Assembly (NCBI GenBank): GCA_963924565.1
Contig: OZ004610.1
Span: 19,654,001-19,718,000 of the forward strand
DNA from: Ascidiella aspersa
Lineage: Eukaryota
DNA: 64,000 nt
Direction of reading: 5' to 3'
Each line of letters opens with the position of its first letter. Positions within the stretch are counted from its first letter, which is position 1. The notes beneath the pieces are model-generated. The model did no database searches. It was not told the origin of the DNA and worked only from the letters and a program-made list of their open reading frames with translations. Shown here piece by piece: positions 25,401 through 34,400 of this stretch. The translations under genes and the position numbers were made by a program.

Positions 25401-28400
25401 TGTTCGCTGGAAAAAACACACGATATTCGTAGTTTGGTACTTAACCACGCACTCACCTTTTCCCAGTATAGACACTTAATAGGACACAAATAAAACAAGT
25501 GGTACAGGGTTTCCGTTGCCTTTTTGCGAAAAGTACATTGGTTAGATTCCGTTTTACCAAACGAATAAAGGGAGTCATTTGTAACAATTGCACCCAGATT
25601 AAACTTTATCTGAAAGCTTCTTAGTTTGTTTTCGATTGTTGAATTGTAGAGGTTGGGTAATTTTTTTCCCTTGGCAGACGTACACTCCCACAACTTAAGG
25701 TCCGGTGCCATTCTAATTCAGCTTTTGGAGGAAAGAGGATTGTTGTTTGTATTTTTTCGTAAACCGATTTGGTGGAGTTATACTGCTGGATAAATACTTT
25801 TAATGTTTGGGTTCTATACGACCGGGACGTTTTTGCGCTACCCGAATCCCAGTCTTCTGGGAGACTCGATATTAATTATATGAATTTTATGAATTGGACA
25901 AAATATGTGTTGTTAGGAGTAAAGTTAAATTTATTTACCAATGCGTCATATTGTAGGTATTTGGCCGTTAAAAATTATATTGGAATCTATAAGTGATGGC
26001 ATGAAAAAAACATTTGAGTGGTACTTTACTTTTTTGTTTAGCCAAAGCGGACGGCTGTTTGACTTTGTATCTATGATTTCCAGGAGTTGTTTGCACGCCG
26101 TTATTGCGCAACGTAATGTTCGCATGGGGAGCATACGCCTTGTAATTGCATTGTTTGTACCTATGTTCCCATTAAGAAGCGCTTCCAATCTGTTACCTTG
26201 GATAAAGGGGCCTTCGATTTGTTTCCAATCCGCTTCCGCGTTTTCGTCGAGTAGTGTATAGATCCATTTTGTATGTAAGGCTAACAAGTAATTATCTATA
26301 TTGATCATGCCTGTCCCCCCATTTGCAATACTCGCACTCAAAGTCTCTCTTTTCACCCTCTCCCATTTGGACCCCCATAAAAAAGTAAAGAGGATTCGTT
26401 TAACTTTGGAGATGGTACACTAACCGGGACAACACTGATTTTAAAGGTTAAAATTGGGATCATGAGGCTCTTAATAACTGTTGTTTTTCCGAGGAGCGAG
26501 AGGCTTCAACTAAACTAATCTCGTGCCCCACAAATGCTTCTTCCCGCAACTACAGTTAACTATCTTATACTTGCAATGGGTATTACTGCACGCTTTACAC
26601 ATCGTTACCTTAGGTAGCGGGTTAACAGTAAAACAATTACAGACAACAGAGTACCTCTGGCATTGTATGCACTCAAGCATATCTTCCTTTGTCTTGTATT
26701 CTGGCTGGAGCTCCTCGCAGCACGGCATCCGTCTCAATATCCCTTCGCATGAAGGACATTGACATGTTTCTTTACCCTCTTCTACCAGAAATAACTCGTC
26801 CGTGCAGCACTTCATTGCTACGGAATACTTGTTGGAACAACTCTAGCAAACGAAAGTTTTCCATTGAGCCGAAACCAAAGCTTCGGCTTGGCAGCCAGGG
26901 CATATCAGCGAGATTCTGGTCGCACATAGGCTTATAGATTTGCTGTTAGCTCGTCCGGGCTTCGTTGCAGCCTTTTCCTTGACCAGTTGTTGATAAGCTT
27001 CGGTGTGCTTGACTTGATGTTGGATTCAGAGTTGAAGTCCGGCGAGTTTTTATCAGCATCGTTTCGAATGCTGCTTACGGCTGTTGTGGAGTGTGGATCG
27101 TTATCAGCGTTGTTAGCGCCAGCGCAAGATTGGGGTGCAACTGCCTTATCGTTTGTCTGTCCGTGTACTTTGTCTTGCTTGGGCGCTTATTGTCTTTTCA
27201 CTAGCCGAGGAAAATCGTTTTGACGTTTGGGACAGTTTGCTTGTTTGTGACCTTTCTCGCCACAATACTTGCAAGTAAACACCTGCCCATGATATGTCAC
27301 GTAAAATTCACAGTCCGCCATCCTAATATAACTTGATAAAGGGTTTTCTTCGACGTCCGTTGAATTCTTTGTCAAGATTCTCATTCCGGTTAGCAACCCA
27401 ACCTTGTCCTTCCTGTGTGTCACCTTTTCAACTTTTCCATATTTTGCCGATATTTTCTCTGCTATAAGTTCACTGGGGAAAGTAATTGGTACCCAGCCAA
27501 CTGCAATGTTAATCTTGTCATTTTCGTATAGTTTAACAAATTTCACTGATTCTGCTGTGCAGAGCTTCATGTACAGTTCCAAGACATTTTGTCTATTGGT
27601 GCAAGTTATGTCGACGTTTTGGCCACGCATTTCTGCAATCCCAACCAATTTCTTCAGCGGATAATCCATGCTTTTTATAAGATTCAGAATTTCGTCTCTT
27701 TTCAAATGATTAACTGTCCTCATACTAAGGCAATTCGGCCTCTTAAAGCTGGCCGCATTTTTATTGACTGCCTGAGCGTAACTTGTTCTGCTTGCCATTT
27801 TTCGCTCCGCACTCCACGAGCGCCAGACTGGGAATGATCAAGCATCCAACTTGGGGTACCCATTACGGCGTAAAGCTGCGCGCACATGCGATAATTCGTG
27901 GGCAAGGTCCGTCGGATCGCTTGTGAGGCGTCTGGCTCGATTCATCAAGGTATGACGACCGCGCGTTTGTGACTAAGTTGGTGATGCGATGTAAAGTGCA
28001 AGACCCTGCCCGTGTTCGTCGGTTTACGGTACACCTGTGTTTTCACCCGCCCTTTTGCCAAACGCCTCACCAATACGTCGAGGAACGGTATGCAACCGTC
28101 CTTTTCGGGTTCCATGGTGATCTTGATGGACTCGTGCGTGGCGTCAAGTGCTCTAGGAAGGGTAGTACTTGCTTATTGAGCATGCCGACACATGTATCGT
28201 CCACATACCATTTCCAAAAGCTCGGAGGATGAGCAAAGGTGGAAAGCGCCTGCTGTTCGATAATCTCCATAAGTAGGTTGGCGACCACGACCGACTTCGG
28301 TGAACCCATTGCTGTACCGGACACCTGTTGGTAATAATCACCTCGGAAGGTGAGGTGTGTCGCTTCCAGACACAGCTTTAATCCTGTCATAAGGTCCTGG

Positions 28401-31400
28401 TGCAACCACTGCGATTTATCTTTAAGACTGTGGTCATTTTTTCAGCCTAGTGGATGCCACCTCCATTGCCAAATTAATGGGGACGTTGGTAAATAATGAC
28501 ACCACATTGAATGACACCAGTCTGTCATCGGACGACATTGAAACGTTGGTGATAGCTTCTACAAACTCGGTGGAGTTCCGGACGGTTCTGTCCGTGTTGC
28601 CGACCAGTGGTGAAATAATCCTAGCCAAGTATTTGGCAAGATGGCAGTTGGGCTGCCAAAAAATGACACAATGGGTCGTAGTGGTATACCATCCTTGTGT
28701 ATTTTCGGTAACCCGTAGATACGAGGTCCAGTGCCGTCCGTGCTGTGCAATAAATGGAAATGTGCATCGGATACGCATCGTCTCGTCTTATGCAGAATAT
28801 GTACAAATTTGTTGAGCGACCGTTCAAGTTGCTAAGCTGCTAAGGATAGGAATGACTTTCTCGAGCAAGACGTTTTTTAAACAGAACGATAATCAGTATA
28901 CGGCAAATAACCATGCACACCAAGTGCTCGCATAAGGCTACAGTTTGTCTCTAACCAACGAGATTGCAAACTGTGCTCAAAATGCGTCCGATTCTCTCGG
29001 TATCCACCCGACGAATAATCAAAACGGCACCACGCAATAGCAAACGAAATCGACACCAAGATATCACGCAGCGCTGAGAAAAGGGAGGCTACGAAACTCA
29101 CACAAAGTTCCATCCCAGAGGGGAAACCGTGGCGGCGGGTAGCCGACCCGAACGGCAGTTCCTGCGGCCTAACACATTAGTTATGCTTTAAAGCAAGGGT
29201 CTCAAACTCAAATTGCGCTGAGGGCCAAATGAGGACGTGTAAAATGCCCAAGGGCCGCAATTCACAATAAATAAGAACACAATATAATATAAACACATGC
29301 AGGCTGATTTTAGGCTACAGTTATTTGTTCTGGCTACTTTACTGGCAGCGTTTTTCAAGGACAAGGATCTCGATATTGGGCTTCAAATTGTCAGCAGAAA
29401 CAAATCTTAGAGTTGCTTGCAGATGTGGACTGCCTAATATTGGCAAAGAAACTTTTTTTGCAAAATGCTGGTTTAACTTTTTATTTTTTTACTTTGCCCT
29501 GGTAAGCATATTATTTATCGCGGTTCATTGTTTCGAAGTGCAAACCCTTGTTATACTTCTTCATAACAGCAATCTTCTGCCGGCAAATAAGGCAATAAAT
29601 AGTACCTCTGACCGCGGTGACAAAATATAACTCCTCCCCCTTATCTTGAAAAACTTTTCTTTCGTCTGTGATTTTTCTCATTTTTAAAGCAAAAGACAAG
29701 TGTAATTTAGCTTTTTAAGCTATAGAAATTTATTTCAATACTAGGCTAGAACAATCAAAGCCTACAACTCGACAATCAATTTATACATTATGAGATGACC
29801 AATTACACTAACACCTGACTGACGCACTTTCCAGCGTTATTGTGACAACTGTACAGAGTTGAATAGGCAATGTGACGTAATAGTAGATCTTTTACCGCAT
29901 AAATGACAGCGTTTGAAAGTGATATGACAGTGAAGTTTGGTGAGTATAGTTTCAGTTTTTTGAAGCAATTTTAGAGTGAATTTTAACTTTCAAATCTGAC
30001 TAAAAAAGATATGTGGCTCTTAAATATGGTTAAATACTTGGAAATCCAAAATTTCTACACGGGCCGCACAAAATGTTCTCGGGCCGCGTGTTTGAGACCC
30101 TTGCTTTAAAGCGTTACAATAATTAAATTTGTGACATTTACCCCCTCTTAAAGACAATCCTTGCGAATTTAACAAAACACAAATTTAAAGCGAAGTCAAA
30201 ACAAATTACAAGCCACACTTTACCCCAAGTTAACTTTGCGATGGCACACAATAAATTTACAACACAAATTTGAGATCACGAAATGAAAATCAACACACGA
30301 GAAACATCGCGTGCACGTGTACGGTCGTTTTAACTTTAAACAACTCTGGTCATCGCCATGACCCATTCAAACGCGCGCCGCTCAATTTTGTCTCTATCCG
30401 GTGAGGGCCGCACATATTGCGCAACCGGTGACATGTCAAACATCCTGTTGAGGTTGTTCGACGTAATGACCTTGCTGTCAACTTGAACCACCTTCGAAAG
30501 CGCCCGTAGACCATCCGCAATGCACAAGCCCTCCAGCTCACGTCATCCTCAGAGTAAGAGGTGCAAAGCGTGACCCCGATTTCTGCCTTTCGACCATCAT
30601 CTGCTTCCACGTACTCCAATACCTTCGAATTGTCGACCGCTTCCAATGATTCGAAGCCCAACTGGACGTCTTCAACCCACCGTTCGTTTTCCGCTTCCAA
30701 AGCCTCGCTGTACAACTGGGCGTCATCACAACGCCTTTCGCTTTCCGCTTCCGAAGACTTGCCATACAACCGAGCGTCTTCAGAGCACTTTTCGTTTGAC
30801 GATTCCAAAGCCTCACTGCACAACTGACCTTCCTCAGTTGAACTCTTCTCGGCCACTTTCTCGTCAACCAAGCTTCCCGAACTATCACATCTTTCGCGAC
30901 AAGCGACGGATGCAAAGCGCCTGTGTTTTTTCTTTGTGACACATATCCCTGTGGTAGGCACCTCTTTAAACGCTTCTGCTTGCTTTTCCACTTTGACTTG
31001 TCGATCTCCCCATTTTATAGTGAGCAATTGCTTCTCGCAGTTCTCTTTTAATCGTTTCGTACATACATTCGTGAGACAAAGCTACCGACCCCCTAACCAA
31101 TTGCCATATCTCTTCTGCTCTTGACGTACATTCTTTTATTCGCTGGTGGGATTGCGTAATGCGCAGCGAACTGAAGGCAAATCCGCATTTCCGTATGATC
31201 TGTCTGCCTGCACGAGACCATCAACCATGGAACCCTAAAAGGACGGTTGCATACCGTTCCTAGACATATTGGTGGGGTGTTTGGCAAATGGGCAGGTAAA
31301 AACGCAGGTGTACCGTAAACCGACGAACACGGACAGGGTCTTGCACTTTACATCGCATCACCCACTTAGTCACAAACGCGCGGTCGTGCATACCTTGATG

Positions 31401-34400
31401 AATCGAGCCAGACGCCTCACAAGCGATCCGACGGACCTTTTCCACGAATTATCGAACGTGCGCGCAGCTCTAAGCCGTAATGGGTACCCCAAGTGGATGC
31501 TTAAAGAACCTCGTCGTCAACCAGAGACTCGACGCCAAACGGATGGATTGGTTGTGATACCGTACATTCCAAATCTAACAAAAGTCGTCCAGCGCATGTT
31601 ACTCGACTTTGGCTTGTTGCGGTAACACCATATCCGACCCAAAGACCCCGTGGATATATTTGACACACAGGGTGTGGTTTATTGTATTCCCTGTGCAGAA
31701 TGTTTTGCAGTGTACACTGGGAAGACGGGACGAGCATTCAATACGAGAAGGAAACAAACATTAACGAGATGTGTGGTAACATGATGCGTCGAAATCTGCT
31801 TTGACCAGTCACGCGAGAAAGCAACGTCATGACATGGACTTTGAATGTGCTTCTATTGTAACTCGAGAAGGAGATTATTACCACCGCCGTGTCTTCCTAG
31901 AATCCTGGGTGATACACAATCATGAAAACACCAACGTTAAGCTAGACGCATTTCTTGCACCTTATCAATTTTTGTGCAGTAGCGGCCATTAGAAGGCTGC
32001 AGCCGGTTATCGCATTCTCACGTTGTTCGCGCCTTGTTACCCATGTCGTTTTGCCACCTTGGTTTTTCGTCGTTTTTCTTCACTGTATATATATACCTTT
32101 CTGCAAGGTTGCAAGTTAATTTGCCCAGAAGAAGATTGCCTGAATAGGTAATCGAAACGTCGTCACAGAATACATTTTTTTCAGAAGAACTCTCTTTGAA
32201 ATTGATATAATGCCTGGCAGCAACAGTATATTCAACTAATTTTTAATAAATAACTTACAATCGGTTTATAGAAACACGTATCAAAATTAATAAAACGCAT
32301 ACATATTCAATCATAACCAATGGGCAAAGTTATTTTATTTTTAAAATAACTTAATAAATATAAAACAAATACTGTAAATCATGTTATGGGAGATCAAGCT
32401 TAGATATGAACAATCGAGCTTCAATAAAGCATTAAAATTATTACTTCACTTGAAACTAATCCCTAAAATCCTAAATTATCGCATTTTTTAACAATCTTTT
32501 CAGTATTTAAAATATTACGTGGCTCAGTCTTCACCCGCACAAAAAATACTTGAATGTCAGAAGGAAGGTACTTGAATGTCATGTCGAGTTCCGTTTACCA
32601 AAGCTAAATTTTTGTGCACAACGTTTCTACGACCACGAGTGTAACTTTGAGAGCGCACAACTCACAATTTCCACAACTCACACGAAGATATCATTTATTG
32701 TATGGTCGAACAGGTTATAGCTTTTATTTGTTTTAACCAAAACTAAAACAGCCCAGCCCGCCAAAGAATTCACTGGCTTACTTGGTGAGATGTGCTGTTT
32801 TACTACATACAGCGCTAGCTTGTTGATATATTTGTTTGACTGAAAAGATTCCCTTGAATTGGCTAAAACATAGGGAACACACAATAAGACCTAAAAAGCA
32901 ACAAGGTATGGAACGATTGGGGGCCATCGGCCTGGCATCGGCCGTTTTAGTGTCGACGTTTAGTTAGAGCGCCGCTGTTTTGGCACCGGATTGTTGTTCC
33001 TGTTTTTGGTTATTGGTTGGTAATGGGTTAGGGTTGAAATTATTAAGTGAGTTAGTGTTGTACTTATCGTTGGGTTTGGGGTTAGGTAAATTGTTGTTTA
33101 GGCTTGATTATCACCATTTAGGTCATATTCCGATGATTTTCGGACTTATTCCGATTTAGACGGTCACACGACTATTAGGTATTAGTCCTATTTTGGTCTT
33201 ATTCCGAACTGTGTTTTATTCCGACGTTGATGTTGTTCTTGTCTCGGTCTTTTGGCTGGAATCCAAAACATAGTATAAAATCGACAACACTCGCGCGAAT
33301 TGCGAATTGCAGTTAGGTTAGAAGTAGGCTGAAAATATAGTTTTGGCACATGCCTCATACCATAAATCAAATTCATAAATATCCTTTTTTACTTTTATAT
33401 TAAACTAAGCATTTATTGTTCCAGCTTTTAGATTTGTATAGGAACTACACCAACCCTTTTCAAAAGGCTAATAAAACTTAGCTTTTTGTTTGAACCCAAT
33501 TTAAACTGCTGTCGTTGTCAATTTCCGCATGGAGTCGTAAGAGATATCAAAATACTCTTATTGTTTAAACGAAGAATTTTGTCTTACAACTAAATGAAAT
33601 ACCCGGCGTTGCCAAGGTTAAATACAGTATTTACCGGTTTAATTCTACTTGGTAAAAGTATAATTACACCTAAATAAACACGATATTCTAAGTCTACCTA
33701 AATTTTGTCTGGTTAAACAAATATTGCACATTACGTTGTAAGATGTTAAACTGCCAACCTCCTGTTATAGCCCATGATTATGAAAGATAAATGTGGTAAT
33801 CATCATATACCCAAAAAGTAATGTTACGGATGGCGTGAGATCTTCGTAAGAGGCATACATAATGCCAACATATGTTTTTAAATGGCATAACGTTTTACTT
33901 TAGCCTAAACGTTTACACAACGTGTCACTTAATCAAATCATGTGATGTGTTTTTATGCATCGTGTGTTTGAAGTCGGTTAACCCAATGCTTCCCCACAAT
34001 CACAGTAACACCTTACACTGCTTACAGCCTTAGTGAAAGCGGCATTAACGAAAATGGCGTGTTTAATTATGTGACTTATCTGCGTGGCTCTAAATTCGTG
34101 GTCTCCATAATATAATAGAATGATTTAAAAAAAATATTGGAGTATTTAACACCAAATTGAAACGTTGTGTGTTTTTATCTAAACGTCTCGCATATTTTCC
34201 GTAACAAAAAACTGTGACATATATATCAATAGAAAATTATTGCAAACGTGAAATACGTAATCCCGGTAGGTACCATACTGGCACTGCGCCCAACGAAACA
34301 AAAATCCCGTTTAAAAAGTATATTGCTTAGTGTTCAAACCGCTGTAATAAACGCGATGGCTATTAAACTTAAGTCTAAACTTTGCCACATTTAATTTTTA

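Larger units (their letters stand above)
24757..28830 (-). mobile_element. Penelope-like retroelement, degenerate, interrupted by an L1/Tx1-like element
   Basis: PLE RT motifs PRIYGLPKIHK, LRPIVS, VVSLFTNVP, GTAMGSP and YVDD, plus VYRKPT. The 3' part (24757-25089) matches the GIY-YIG end/pLTR of the + copy and retains CTGAAGA. Confidence 0.88.

Noticed and set aside
24700-32200. TSD around the paired Penelope arms
   Set aside because: No direct repeat found at the outer ends, so a single-event origin remains unproven.
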